Part shown: positions 44,211 through 58,679 of the stretch, one piece after another
Numbering within the stretch: position 1 is the first letter of the stretch
How the letters are laid out: every line of letters begins with the position of its first letter
NCBI GenBank assembly: GCA_964016885.1
Contig: OZ024743.1
Coordinates: 299,832,001 to 299,896,000, forward strand
DNA from: Eledone cirrhosa
Lineage: Eukaryota
Length of the DNA stretch: 64,000 nucleotides
Reading direction: 5' to 3'
Program-made: the position numbers and the translations under genes
Notes under the pieces: model-generated
The model's database searches: none
What the model was told of the DNA's origin: nothing
Seen by the model: only the letters and a program-made list of their open reading frames with translations

Positions 44211-45683
44211 TGCTTGCCGCCTGTCCCACTGGCAATAAGGGCTGAAGAGGGTTGCGAGATACGAACGTTTAGCATGGGAGGTAAAGTCTTTGTGGGTAAT
44301 GAAAAAGGTTGTGCTGATCCAAGTTGCAGTCAGGGCATTTCGTACGTTGAGCAGCAACATCAGGGTGAATACAATTCTCCTTGGAGCTAGCAGGATACTC
44401 ACAAAATTAATTGACAATTGATGGTCCACCTCATTCCACTGGTTTTGGAGAGCTAGCACTAAAACTATATCACCCGCAAAACATCTTGTGCGACAAGCAG
44501 TTTACGATGATGGTGATGATGATGATGATGATGATGATGATGTGATGGTTCTTTATTAGCCACAAGAGCCGATACACAGAGGACAATTCAATAGACAGAG
44601 ACAGAGGGGGTATAACATATAATCGAATGAAGAAGAAGATAAAAATAAAAGTAATAAAACAGAAATATAGCTATAAGGATGATGGAAAGGTGTCCCGTAA
44701 CGTGGTGAGGTTACAATAAATGATGGTAGCTATTTCTATCTCATTTGTATTATACAATGTTTATCAAACTAAAGTCAGTTTGTATTTGCTTGCAAATGTC
44801 GTGTAAACTTATGTAACTCATTCATACAATATTTAAACATACACTATTGTTTCATGCTGATACATTTTAAAAGTATTTTGGTCCCTATTCACATCCATCC
44901 ATATTAAAGAAATGTTTATTTTTATTTCTCAGTTATTCCTTCTTTTCGTATTAAAATTCATAGATTATTAATATGTTTATTTGGGTAGTTTATACTATAA
45001 ATATTTTCTTAATATAGGGTTCTTTTGTTTTACTGTGTATAATTTCCATGAAATATATACTTAGTTATGTAGTATATCAGATGTATGAAATATAATAAAA
45101 TATTTATATAGTTGCATCCTGCTGAAATCATATGCATTCTTTGAATTATACGACACATATTTGCACCGAACTAGTTGGAATTTTGCAATGGAGCGTATAG
45201 CTTCAAGGATATCATAGACTTCATGCTGGCTTCTGAATTCTGATATTATTCGCTGGTATTGACAGAAGAACTGTGAAAATTGGAAAATTGTATGTCCCCC
45301 TAGCTGTGTAATAAGCAGGAGAATACATTACTGATTAGAAAATAATTCGTTTAAATTAATTATTTAATTTAGCAGAGTATTTCGAAAGAAATATTGTTTT
45401 TCCAGAAAACGTAAAGTAATGAAAGAGGGAAATCTAATTTGAGGTTGTATATACCTTTTCTTATTTCTTTTTGGGGGAAGATATTTATGAAACACAACGT
45501 CTGCCATATTTCTTAATCGCATCAATGTGTTAGTCTGAATGAATTTCCAAGCTAAAATATAATGAATATATTGATCGTACTAATTTATGTATTAATAAAT
45601 CCAGGCAACAGCAGATGAGGCTGCTTATACACACACACACATATATGCATATGTATTTCTCTCTCTCTCTCTCTTTCCTACCC

Positions 45684-45804
<121 letters not shown>

Positions 45805-45837
45805 ATATATATATATATATAAATAGATATATGCGTG

Positions 45838-45901
<64 letters not shown>

Positions 45902-45924
45902 ATAGTATAATAATAATAATAATA

Positions 45925-46150
45925 ATAAATTTGAAGATTAAAATCCAAAGAGGCCTCGATAAGGATAAATATATATCAAATATATAAGAACCCTCGAGCA
46001 AAATATTTATTAAAATAACAGATTAAAGTTTATGCAAGGAATCGCTGCTTTCCCCCTTAACGGGATCGTCTGAAACTGTTTCAGAAGATCCGTTAAGGGT
46101 GAAAGCACCGATTCTTTGCTTAAAACTTTAATATGTTATTTTAATAAATA
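45925..46150. mobile_element. Family C fold-back palindrome centred at 46077
   Basis: ...ccttaacgggatcgtctgaaac-t-gtttcagaagatccgttaagg..., with ~70-bp arms and a 1-nt spacer. Confidence 0.85.
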
Positions 46151-47019
46151 AATAAATATAGATATATATTGTTTTTCTTTCCTAACACTAATATATATTT
46201 TCAAGGGTAAGTCAGAAGTTTTATATCAAAAGGATTAATAATTTTGGTACTAACAAGAAGCACGTTTTTTATCGTTCTACGAATTATATTTTTGCCGATT
46301 ATACCAAACTATCTTTGAAGTGCAGGATTTACCATATTACGTATATGCATGTGATATTTGTAAATTGGATTTTTATGCTTTCAAACATCTCACCAGCGCT
46401 GAACATAATCCTTAAGTGTTTGCGGTATATCGATATTCGCTTTCATGCGTAAAATCCAACAATGCTATCGTTTGATGCTTAAACATGAGTATCAGGGATG
46501 TGGAGTTGTAGTCCTGCTAGGAACTTGCTGATGACCAGCCATGTCATGCATCGCAACATATGTCACATATCAAGGGGTGTCTGTGCCTGAAGCTTTTTTT
46601 AAAGTGAGGAAAAGCTTTACACATTACCAATCCCACTCTCTGAACATCGAATGCATTTACCCAAAAAGAATAACTGGTCTATATCATTGGATGGAAACAA
46701 AAGTCACATGTTTTAATACAGAATTACCTTCTCCTACAGAGATATTTTAATGAAGACTAGGATTCTCTTGCTCCACAAAAAGAAAACTTTATTGGATGGT
46801 CGTTGACTCTCCTGACTTCCTCCGTCCTTACATACTACACTCATACATACATACATATATACATATATACCTGCATACTTACATAAAGACTTGGATGCAT
46901 ATACACGTGCATACGTACATACATACGTGCATACATACATTCATAGTGGAAACCAACGCGTGTCCGATTACGGCCACGTTTTTGGAGAAAAAAAAAGACA
47001 TTGACAAAAAAGGTGTTTT

Positions 47020-47210
47020 TGTTGTTGCTGATGCCGCATTGGACAGTTCATCAAATCAGGACGGAACTTACATATCATATCATTGAGTATACAGGTAAAT
47101 CTCCGACCTGGTCGAGTTTGACTGCTGTGGAATGCTTCGTGTTGCCGTGTTAGTTCGCTTGTAGAGTGACGGACTTTAGTACAGATGCCACATTCAAATA
47201 CAGGGACATT
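47020..47210 (-). pseudogene. Degenerate C2H2-like zinc finger, probably a LINE C-terminal remnant
   Basis: FECGICTKVRHSTSELTRQHEAFH...FTCILNDMICK in ORF 46968..47321(-). No splice context was established. Confidence 0.35.
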
Positions 47211-47462
47211 TAGATTGATATAATGATAACATATAGAGTTTGTTTGATTGCTAAATTGATTGCATGTGTGATTCCGTATATAATAAAATATAAATGCGTA
47301 CGAAATTATGCTTAGATACATTCATAAATAACCATACACACACACACACAGACCACCTCCATACACACAGACCCCTCCACACACATCGAGACACACAGAA
47401 ACATATATGCATACACTGCTCAAATATGCATACACTGAAACACATATATATATAGATACAGA

Positions 47463-47498
<36 letters not shown>

Positions 47499-48991
47499 AT
47501 GTAATTGATATGTGCGTGAACGCTTGTGTATATTTGTAGAAGAAAATATAAAATCGGTAATAAGACGGAAGTTCCACCACATTTAGTCTTCGTGAAGTAA
47601 TCTTCCTCAAAATTGTTCCCCAATTAATAATGTTAGGGTTTCAAGTCTACACAGTGAAACCTTAGACAGAAAGAGGTAATGTGGTAACTTGATTCGATAG
47701 AAATATGTGAGACCCATAGAAAGCCAGTTAGTTTCCTATGATAATAATTATTTGCAATGTATCGTGCCACTGATCAAAAATATTGCAATAGGGAAGTATA
47801 CACCATACCAGTAATCTGGGTTGCTATATTATTGCAGTCATATGTACGTGAAATAAATTAACTATAACTATATCACTTTCAACTCTAGTTTCACTTCATC
47901 ATATATGAGAGAGTAATGATTACAGATTATTCTTATTGATTCTTATTACTTCTTATTGAACATCAAATATGGATTTAAACATATGAAACGTAGAACAGCT
48001 AATGGCTAACTAACTGTCTTTGATCTTCCTCACCTAACATGCTAAAATATCACTTCAAATGAAATAGTAGGGACCGGAATAACTAGTGTGCTGTTTGTAT
48101 ATCATTTACTAATACCTTCGTTATAGACAGTTTACTTACAGACATGCGCAATATTTTGACCCTTCTTTTATAACATAACATTTTATATATCAAGTAATCA
48201 ATTTAATATTCCAGAATGGATAGCCTTATTCGGTGGATGGAGTTGATATGTAACACATGCAGAGTAGACAACTGCACAAAAGCACATATATGGATGTGTA
48301 ATAAAATTGTAAATTCTTGTTAAAATATCGTCGTGCACATAATAATTCCGTTTTTCTAGAGTGGACAGTGGCAAAACATCAGAGGCAAACAGTAAATTGG
48401 CAGTATGATATGTTGCTAAATATTATTCATACAACGGATGTGGACAAAACAGAGCTGGCATATTTCAGAATAGATTAAAACGAAAATGGAATAAATAAAC
48501 TGGAAGATAACCACCATCGAAATGAACAGTTCAGAAATATGGAAAGCTTGTAAAAGAATGATTTATGAAGTCGTGGTTGGAAAATATAGCCTGCATAATG
48601 CAACAATTAAAGAGCGGCTTTGAGTTTAAAAATGCAAGAACAATTGTGATAGTTTAGTTACTATGTAAGATAAGCTAGAAAAAATATAACACACGAATGT
48701 ATATCAGTTTATTTTTCTGTTGAAGTGCAGATGGATGCAAAGAGAAGGTATAGGATACACCCGAGAGTTTATAATGGTTTAGCATGTTTTCAACGAGACT
48801 GCCTTTAAATTAATCCGTAAATTGACCGCTCCACGTAAGTTGTAACTTGCACTCCCGATATTTGTCGTCGTAATTAGAAACTACTCTGATTAAAACTTCC
48901 CTATGGGAAATTGAATTTTACGTATGTGACATTGAGCCAAGGGCATTACGAGATTCACAGATGATAATTCTATACATTATTACTAATACAA

Positions 48992-49102
48992 CATAGTTAC
49001 GTCCCTTTACAATCTGAGTTCAAATCCCATACGGGTGTCGATGAAATAAAGTACCAGTAATGTACTGGTTAATTGCTGGCCTTGTGCCAAAAGTAGAAGC
49101 AA
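48992..49102 (+). mobile_element. Truncated SINE with 15-bp TSD attattactaataca
   Basis: SINE 3' part with an internal deletion. The direct repeat lies at ~48977 and ~49102. Confidence 0.8.
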
Positions 49103-49666
49103 TTATTACTAATACATTTGTTGATTTGTTTTTGTTTTATAAAGATCGAGCAGACTTTATGCCCCTGATCGAGCAGACTTGATGATCCAAATCAGAAACA
49201 TCACTTCACTTATCTTATAACATTTATTAAAACGCGGGTTATAATATAAGACAAATGTATTTGGTATTTCCAGCAGGTTGAACGCTAACGCGAAAGTACT
49301 GACGTTACTTCGTGCATTGGCTTTTCACTTGTTTTCGGTAACACCGTATGAAATTAGCTAGGCAAGCTAAGTTTTACAAGTAACCATGAATCTAATATAC
49401 GTTGGTGTGAATAATGAAAAGAGTTAAAAGCAGCAAAGTAATATATATCACACCAACGTTCAACGTGTTTTCATTCGAAGCGAAACATTGAAAAATAAGT
49501 ATATAAGTGTTAGAAAAAGAAAAAAAAATACTTGCTGTCCAATATGTTTATGCGTGTGTCAAAATATCTTATTAGCAAACAAACTAACCCAACTTATAGA
49601 AATACTATGCCCCAAGGAATTTCTCTCACTCTCTCTACGTATATCTGCGTCTCAAATACACGCACC

Positions 49667-49709
<43 letters not shown>

Positions 49710-49776
49710 TATATATATATATATATATATATATATGCATATACCTATATATATATAAATATATATATATATACAT

Positions 49777-49893
<117 letters not shown>

Positions 49894-49984
49894 GTCGCTA
49901 AATCCTGGAACGGTTTTAATGTTAGAAGTTTATAATACCAGCATATATATACCAACATTTTAAGGGAAATGGGAGGGGAGACAA

Positions 49985-50090
49985 TAATTGTTTCTACTTT
50001 AGGCACAAGGCCAGCAATTACCCAGTGCATTACTGGTACTTTATTTTATCGACCCCGTAAGGATGAAAGGCAAAGTCAACCTCGGCGGGA
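49985..50090 (-). mobile_element. 5'-truncated SINE with 18-bp TSD gggaggggagacaataat
   Basis: The direct repeat at 49971-49988 and 50087-50104 brackets a reverse SINE 3' half. Confidence 0.9.
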
Positions 50091-50397
50091 GGGGAGACAA
50101 TAATATTGTTTAGATAGATGCGTACATTTGGCGATATATATATACATATGTCAATATGAAGATACGTATATTCATATTAAAATCCTTCAGGGGCCAACTT
50201 AATGTCTCGTTACAACATCTCTTCTGACCTGTACTTCCTCGGCTTCAACACCTCTGTCATTCATCAGATTCTATACATCGTCATCAAAAATACATAGGTT
50301 ACTTTCCACAACCACACATATATACACAACAATTCTACCTGCGGGATCCAGTTGCACAGGACTACTCTCCATTACCTATATATATATATATATATAA

Positions 50398-50453
<56 letters not shown>

Positions 50454-50457
<4 letters not shown>

Positions 50458-51076
50458 GGAAAAAATGAAACGATATTTCATTTCCCACTCTTAGTACGGC
50501 TGTTACTTAAATATATGTATGTACACGTACATACATATATGTATACCGACGTACAGTAGTATGTATATATATATATACATACATGCACACATATATATAT
50601 GCACGTATGGATTCACCGAACATTTATTATAATGCTCGGTGTGTTCGTAAACAAACATCCCGTATTAAGCCGTAGTGTCTAGCAACCGCCGTTGCTCGTT
50701 TGTTCAACACTGACAAAGGAACGCTGTACTAGTTTCAAGCTTGTTAGCTATCGTCAGCAACGTATACCTTCCTGCCAGATTGTTGAACGTATATACTTAC
50801 CTTATGCATATTAACGGCTGAGTAGCCCAATATGCATATCGAGTGGGTTAATCGGCCGGGTGCACCGAAAACGATAAACGGAAAAAATGAAACGATATTT
50901 CATTTCCCACTATTAGTACGGCTGTTACTTAAATATAAGTATGTACACGTACATACATATATGTATACCGACGTACAGTAGTATGTATATATATATATAC
51001 ATACATGCACACATATATATATGCACGTATGGATTCACTGAACATTTATTATAATGCTCGGTGTGTTTGTAAACAA
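50454..51076 (-). mobile_element. Family D HHR-bearing non-coding element, ~1.5 tandem units of 422 bp (retrozyme/pLTR-like)
   Basis: aaacggaaaaaatgaaacgatatttc starts at 50454 and again at 50876. The ~200-bp terminal direct repeat is almost identical. There is (TA)n on both sides and an intact HHR inside. Confidence 0.85.
50721..50763 (-). ncRNA. Minimal type I hammerhead ribozyme (family D)
   Basis: acgttg-CTGACGA-tagct-aaca-agctt-GAAA-ctag-TA-cagcgt. Confidence 0.9.
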
Positions 51077-51100
51077 ATATATATATATAAATGTATATAT

Positions 51101-51264
<164 letters not shown>

Positions 51265-51298
51265 GTTTTTATATATATATATATATATATATATAAAT

Positions 51299-51336
<38 letters not shown>

Positions 51337-51342
<6 letters not shown>

Positions 51343-51583
51343 TTTATAAGAACCGTAGAGCAAATATTTATTAAAATAACAGATTAGAGTTTAAGCAAAG
51401 AATCGCTGCTTTCACCCTTAACGGGATCTTCTGAAGATCCCGTTAAGGGTGAAAGCAGCGATTCTTTGCTTAAAATTTAATCTGTTATTTTAATAAATAT
51501 TTGCTCTACGGTTCTTATATATCTGATATATATTTATCCTTATCGAGCCCTCTTTGGATTTTAGTCTTCAAATTTATTATTAT

Positions 51584-51585
<2 letters not shown>
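51337..51585. mobile_element. Family C fold-back palindrome centred at 51432 plus 3' extension
   Basis: ...cccttaacgggatcttc-t-gaagatcccgttaaggg..., with ~95-bp arms (51337-51431 / 51433-51527) and a 1-nt spacer. Confidence 0.9.
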
Positions 51586-51642
<57 letters not shown>

Positions 51643-52369
51643 AGCTAGAACGGGAAGAGCTTAACACCTGCCACACCTGTACCTTCTTCACCAGATATGT
51701 GGTTGAGACACGTATCCTCACATCTCACAATGCATAAATCAACAATATATTTGGAACCTTCTCGAAGATAGAAGACAACATACAGTTCAGCATTGAGCAC
51801 TCCAATGAAACGAAATTCGTGCGTCTGCACAAATTCTATCCATGAATAACAGATGGTGTGGATATAAAAATCAACAAATACAGAAAAGCTACCGGCAGAG
51901 GTCTCTTTATACACAACAGATCAACCCTTTATGCTAAGACCGTATACGTAGGGGATGAACTCAAATGTGTCCGGAATACATGCAGCAAGTCGGAGAACCG
52001 GACCCTCCGTACTACACATTCCTGAAATGTGGTAGAGGCGAAGGGATATCCAGTATCCAGTATAAGTTAGCTTCAGAGAATTATAGACAAGAAACATAAT
52101 GTATTTCCAACAACTGTTTCCTGAAGATGCCACACTTTAATGACAATATAACTGTGGCTTTCCGCATGGCCATCCAGATGGTCATCAGCAGTGAGGGATT
52201 ATATGTAAAGTTAGCACACTCCGGCTCTTGATTGTTGAAATGCTTATAAAAACGGCTAACACCTACTCAGACCAAGGTGGACTAACGAACTGCTTACACA
52301 TACACATGTTACAGAGTATGTAATGCACCACTTGCAGTGGGATTTACATTGGCAGCACGATCTGTGTCA

Positions 52370-53690
52370 AAGAACTGAATAGGCAGAATAAGATGGAAGC
52401 TATCAATATATCGGTGTGATCACTTCTTAGATATGTCGCGGGGGCGAACATGTGGACAGAAAAGAGCTAAACAGTTTAGACCGAAGAAGAATGACATTGA
52501 CTAGATATGGGGTATTTCACTCAAATACCGACGCAGAGTGGTTATATGTACCAAGAAAACATGGAAGAAGAAGACTGATGGGGTGCGAATACAGCATTAG
52601 AACATAATATAATAACATGGCTATTACAAAAAAAAATACACAGAACCGCCATTGCTGGAATGAAGAAGGTAAGGACTGTGCAAAATTAGAAGATTACAAA
52701 CACAAAAAACACAGTACAAGCATTTGAAGATGGATGAAGCTGAGAGTACATGAACAGAAGAACGAATGTATAGAGAATTCAATAGATATGTTGAAGATAG
52801 GATAGACAGCGAAAAAAGGTGGCTACATATGGCTAAAAGTGATCTAAAACCGGCTAAAGAGGCGTTAATCTGTGCTGCTCAAGAACGAACACTAAGAACT
52901 AACTACATCAAGAATAGAATAGATCACACAGCACAAAGTGATAAGTGTAACATTTTTGGCATGAATCGAGAAACTGTTTGGCATAATAACAGTTAATATA
53001 CACTTCTAGCTCAGAAATAATATAAAAGACGTCACGCCAAAATAGCAAGGATAGTCCATTGGGCACTTTGTGACAAATATGCACCTGACAGAGCAGAAAT
53101 ATGGTACGAACATACCCCTGAGGGCGTTATCGAAAATGATAATACAAACATCCTGAAGGACTTTGATACAGAGTGACCATGAGTGAGCATGTGAGACAAG
53201 ATATTGAGAAAGAAAGCAAACAATGTTGGATCATAGATACAGACTGGACACGCTATATATATGATCCAGCATTTTTTGCAATACTGATGTCTGTAAGTGT
53301 TCCATCCATATTGCGATCCCCATTTGTTTAATGTACTTACCAGGAACGTTATGCATTGTTCCTATGATCCACCTTTTATTGGTATTACTACCATAGGTTT
53401 CAGTGACCACAACTGCTTCATCCCCAAAGCTACTTGTCTTGTCATATCTATCAATATTTTCCTTTTTTATCGATTACCTATTGGATCTTGGAATAGTGAA
53501 TGAAAATCTTGATATGTACATTAAATAAATAGGGATTGCAAGACGGATGGAACAATTACAAAAAAACAGCATTGCTTAGAATAGTTCAAATACTTCGGAG
53601 AGTACTTGAAAAATAAGGGGTGTTATCTCAGTTCAGTGGTAGTCGAGGGCTAACACTGTAAAACATCTTCAGCTTTAGGTGTGCGAAGAA
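52370..53690 (+). mobile_element. Older, heavily decayed R4/Dong-type element with an internal inverted 3' fragment (~53245-53478)
   Basis: LYVPRKHGRRRL, SDLKPAKEALICAAQERTLRTN...KC...ETVWH, RH..IARIVHWALC, WYEHTPEGVIEND. It ends before (CAA)n(TAC)n(TAA)n. Confidence 0.75.
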
Positions 53691-53811
53691 GCAACAACAA
53701 CAACATCAACAACAACAGCAACAACAACAACAACAATACTACTACTACTGCTACTACTACTACTACTACTACTGCTACTACTACTACTACTACTAATAAT
53801 AATAATAATGA

Positions 53812-54175
53812 TACTTTCTTTATTAACCACAATGGTTTACATAAAGTAGACATTAAGGATAGTACAGGACAATACAGGACGGTACAAATGGGCATTTATG
53901 CGTGTAAAAAACAAAAACAGAGGATGTAATAAAAATAACAATGAAAAATTCCTCAATAGGGGGGGGGGGGAGACTTCGGAGGGACATTTGTGGAGAAAGC
54001 CCATTAAAAGGTCACAGTGACCCTGACCACCAGGGCAAGTGCCCTCTCCCAGTTTTCCACCTTTAATTTACAGACACATACTCAGAGTAGGCCCTTTAAC
54101 TTGGGCCATTCTTGCTTCTCTCACCCATCTTTCAACAAAATGCTGGGAAGAGAGCAATTCCCTCTCTACCCTGAT
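53812..54175 (-). mobile_element. Short 3'-end copy of the Tx1-like element inserted tandemly at the tail of the longer copy
   Basis: ctttctttattaaccac...ctctaccctgat duplicates ~54185-54540. Confidence 0.85.
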
Positions 54176-54183
54176 AATAATAA

Positions 54184-57100
54184 TGCTTTCTTTATTAACC
54201 ACAAGGGTTTACACAAAGTTGACATTAAGGACAGTACAGGACAATACAGGACAAAACAGGCCGGTACAAAAAGGCATTTCTGCGTGTAAAAAAACAAAAA
54301 ACAGAGGATGTAATAATAGAACAATGAAAAAATTCCCCAATAGGGGGTGACTTCCGAGGGCCATCGTGGAGAAAGCCCATTAAAAAGCCACAGTGACCCT
54401 GACCACCAGGGCAAGTGCCCTCTCCCAGTTTTCCACCTTTAATTTGCAGACACATACTCAGATTATCGGGCCATTCTTGCCTCTCTCACCCATCTTTCAA
54501 CAAAATGCTGGGAAGAGAGTACACACCTTTCTACCCTGATTTTCCTTTTCAAATGAAATTTGAAAAGGTTAATCAATGCATCACCGAAGAGGTAAGTGCT
54601 CGACTACAACCCTTTCAAACGTGTCCACCATACTATCTTTTTCGCCATGGCCACCAGACAGATAAAAGCCACCTGCCCTTCCCGGCTAAAGGAAGAGGGC
54701 GGGGCAAACCTCACGATGGACTCAGCTGATAGCTGGATCCGTCCTACACGCGACAGCAGGTATTTGACATAAACCCACAAGTCAGCAATGCTCGGACACT
54801 GGACGAGTGCTTGCAGGACAGTTTCGACGCCCTGCGCCCATCTCGCACATGCCCGGCTGACGGCACCTCCATGCCTGTAAAGTTTATCCCGAACTGGCAA
54901 AGCACCCCGGTAGCACTGCCAGGCCAGGGATTTCTGGAAGTTGTCCAGAGGCCCCGGCGCGAAAGTTCTTCCGAAGAGATTGGCTAGTTGATTTTCGTCG
55001 ACGCCTAGAGTTTCCCCAAGTACATCATCGCTCTTCCCCTCCACTAATCCTCTATAGAACGCCAAGGTGGAGTTTCCACCGATCACTTTGCCCGATTAGT
55101 CGAGGGCTATCAGCGCCTGAAGTCATTCCAGTCTCCAAGCGCTCCCTCTCGGTCTTCGCTTGACCCAGGACTGCAGCTCCGTCAAGGAGACGAGCTGGGG
55201 AAAAACGCGTCTAGCAAACGGCGACCATACCTGAGCACCGTCGAGGAAGAGTAGTAGATGACGGTAGCAGGCGGTAGTAGATGACGGACGCGATGTATGC
55301 GTTAGCCACCTCTGCTCGACCTTTCAGGGATAGCTTCCTCTCTGCCCATTTCTGGGTGAGAGAAGCCATCCTGCTCGTCACCTCTCCCAGGTTTTGTTCG
55401 TCTGGAGGTCCGGACCGAACCAGACCCCTAGCAATTTAACCGGTCCGTCCGTCCAGCGCCCGACGACGCTGTTGGACGGCATGGACTTGCCTCTCCAGGT
55501 GCCGAGCTGCAGGTCCACTGACTTTTACTGGTTGATCATTGCTCCTGTGACCGCTTCGTATTCTCTTAGTGTAGTGCAGATCGCCTCGATGTGTTTGGGG
55601 TTCGACATCACTACGGTGACATCGTCCGCATATGCTGACACAGATCTTCCGCATCCTAGTTCGCGCGGGATCCCCTTCAACGTCTCCAGTTTGTGCAGTA
55701 ATGGCTCGAGAGTCAATACGTACAAGAGGGACGAGAGGGGACATCCTTGGTGGACCGAGCGCATGAAGTTGAACAGTTCCGAAAGGTGACCGTTCACTCT
55801 CACCACAGAGTAGATGTCGCTGTGCATTGCAGCGATCCAGGCTCTGAAGACGGGCCCAAAAGCAGCCGCCCTCAGGACTGCCGCCAGATAACGATGGTCG
55901 ACCCTATCGAAAGCTTTCGACTAATCTAAATTGATCAAGGCCCCACTCGTGCCAGGTTCCCTAGCTACCCTCTCCACGATGTATCGCAAGAGGTGGAGTT
56001 GTTGTGGATGGATCTGTCGGGAATGGCGCATATCTGCGCATCTCCCACCAGACCACCAACGACAAGTGCCAACCTCTGTGCTAGCACCTTGGCCAAGATC
56101 TTGAACTCTGTGTTTACCAGAGTTCTGGGCCTGAAATTATCTCTGTTATCCCCCTTGTTCGGATCCTTTCTCAGCTGTACCACTCCTCGGCTCACATAAC
56201 TGGGAATTCTCCCGTTCTGTTCGCAGTTGCAGTAGATGTCCGCCAAGAGGCATCTGAACAAGTCTGGCATCTGTACGTAAAGTTCATAGGGCAGACCATC
56301 CAAACCAGGCGATTTACCCCCTGTGCAGCCAGTCATTGCCTCCGGTACTTCAGCGGCTGTTATCGGCTTTTCGCAACACTCCGGTTCGGTGGCCGAGAGC
56401 CGCGGCAGTCCGTCGAGGTAGACACTAAAGTCCATCCCTCGACCCGGCCGCCGCTGCCCCCGAACAGCTGAGCGAAGTATCGCTGAAATGCTTCACAGAT
56501 TTTCCCGGGTTCGAGTAGCAGGCGCCCGTCGTGGTCCACCAAAGACCGGATCGTGGCTTTGTTGCCACGTCGCGTCTCCGCCACTCGATCCCATTGAACA
56601 GCGTTTTCGTCCCCTCGTGTCTGAGAGCACGCACCCTAATTCTGAAAACGCAGCCTTCGTGCAAGTACGTCGGTCTCGATGCCTTTACTAAGATCCTCTT
56701 CTTATTTTCTAACTAGTCCTCCCTCTGCTCTATTTTTCTCTATTGCTAAAGCCTTTCTAAACCTAATGGACTCTATTCTAATCGCTGTTTTCAGAGCAAA
56801 CCACCATTTGTTGTTGACGATGGGCCTCTGTCAACGCCCGCTTAACTAATTCACTAATCCTGTTTCTGTAGGCCTTGCGCCCTATTAATGACGCGTTTAG
56901 GTTCCAGTAGCTAAGTCCCTATCTATGAAGCCTATCTAAGTCAACCTCACAGATCACGAAATTGAGGTCAGTGTAGTCGACTATTTTGAAATGTGAACAG
57001 CCTATTCTGGACCTATCTTTTTCCCTACAAAATACCCTATCAATATATGATTTGGATCACCCGATGCAGTTTGTCCATGTCCACTTTGTCACATTCGGGA

Positions 57101-57900
57101 AATCCAGACGGTAACTGTCAGACAGTTGAAACTGTCTGAGCAGGTTTGCTAGGCTTTTACAACCTCCTCCCCTATCCGCTAATCCCACACAATACCAGCG
57201 TGCATCTAAGATCCCGTTCCAGTCGCACACTAACACTAAAGAGCGGGACGTTCCAAGAAAGGTTTCCAGACGCCGGAAGAAATCAGGCCGCCCTGCTCCT
57301 ATCGGGGCATAGACGGCCACTAGCCTGAAAGCTTTCCCGTTTCCGCTGGTCGCCTCCAGCACCACCAACTTACCTTCTTGGTCCAGGAAGATGGCCCGTA
57401 TGGCGATATCCAAGCTTCTCCGAAAAAGCACAGCAACTCTTCCTCCCGATCCAGGACGGCTGGGAAATGCGTACACATCGTAGCCGCCGAAGATCGGTGC
57501 GAAGGCCTTTTTCGGAGATTCTGGTCTCGCTGATGGCCACCACATCTATGTTTAGTGACCTGAAGTCGTTGAGCAGGTGGCCCTGCTTCCATGAGGAACC
57601 CCAGGCCACGTGAGTGAGGTCATGTTGAAAAGGATGGAAACAGATGGGAAAGACCACTTACCTCACTAGGGGGAGGAGGGTTTTTCCATCCTTCTCACTG
57701 CTTGTGGCCTCCTCCGGAAGATCGTTTGTCGGAAGTCTTCGATGTCCTTGGGGAATTTTTGTTTTAGTGTCATGTACGTTTTCTGTGTGATGCGAGTGAT
57801 TTGTATGTGTGGGGGTGGTGCGAATTTTTGGGGTATTGTGTAGTCTTTTTCTGTGATGCTGGTTTTGTTTTGGATGTAGTGTAATAATTGGTTGTTGTTC
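54184..57900 (-). mobile_element. Tx1-like (L1 clade) non-LTR retrotransposon, 5'-truncated, frameshifted
   Basis: APE (VVAISET, VAVLF, DWN, WTWTN), RT (KSPGLDGLPYE, SVHQGCPLSSLLYVL, SAYADDVT) and C-terminal ALPVRDKL...C...ETV. Clearly related to 30596-36335. Confidence 0.92.
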
Positions 57901-57904
57901 AAAT

Positions 57905-58112
57905 TTAATTGTTTCTACTTTTGACACAAGGGTAGCAATTATCTAGTGCATTACTGGTACTTTATTATATCGACCACGTAAGGATGAAAGACAAAGTTAG
58001 CCTCGGCGGGATTTGAACGCAGATTGGAAATAAGGAAAAAAAATGAAAATAATAATAATAATAATTGTTTCTACTATTGGCACAAGGCCAGCAATCACCC
58101 AGTACATTACTG
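57905..58112 (-). mobile_element. Two partial SINE 3' segments (57905-58025, 58060-58112)
   Basis: Reverse-complement SINE consensus. Confidence 0.8.
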
Positions 58113-58679
58113 AATGGAGACATGATATGATAGGGAATGTGATTCACTGGGATCTATGCAAACTGAACAATCTACCACATTCTGAGAAGTGGTATGAGCA
58201 TAAGCCAGAGTCGGTGAAAGAAAACGATCAAGTGAAGGTGCTATGGGATTTTAGGATACAGATGGACAAGAAATTAGAACACCACAGGCCTGACCTTGTG
58301 GCTTTTGACAAGGAAAAATGATCGTGTCTGATTGTAGATGTAGCCTGCCCATTTGACACGAGAGTGCAAGAGAAGGAGAGGCAGAAAATTAATAATACCA
58401 GGATTTAAATTGGGAGTTCAAAAGGATTTGGAATTGCCATGAGATCAAGGTAGTCCCGGTTGTCGTAGGAGCACTGGGTACTATCCCAAGGAGTTACCAA
58501 GGATGGTTAAAACAGATTAGTCCAGCACCGTTTTTTGGATCACTTCAAAAGGCATGCTTGCTGGGATCAGCAAGAACCCTCCGATACGTCCTGAATATCT
58601 GAGGCTGCAGGTAGTGGCTTGATATTCATTCCAACAAACGTTCCAGGTAAATAACATCAATGACTGAAACTCAAAGAAC

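Noticed and set aside
46560-46790. Possible RTE-like remnant on the + strand
   Set aside because: Too degenerate to recover diagnostic motifs by eye.
52120-52195. CTGAAGA (+) and CTGATGA (-) each followed by a hairpin
   Set aside because: GAAA is not positioned directly after stem II and stems I/III cannot be formed.
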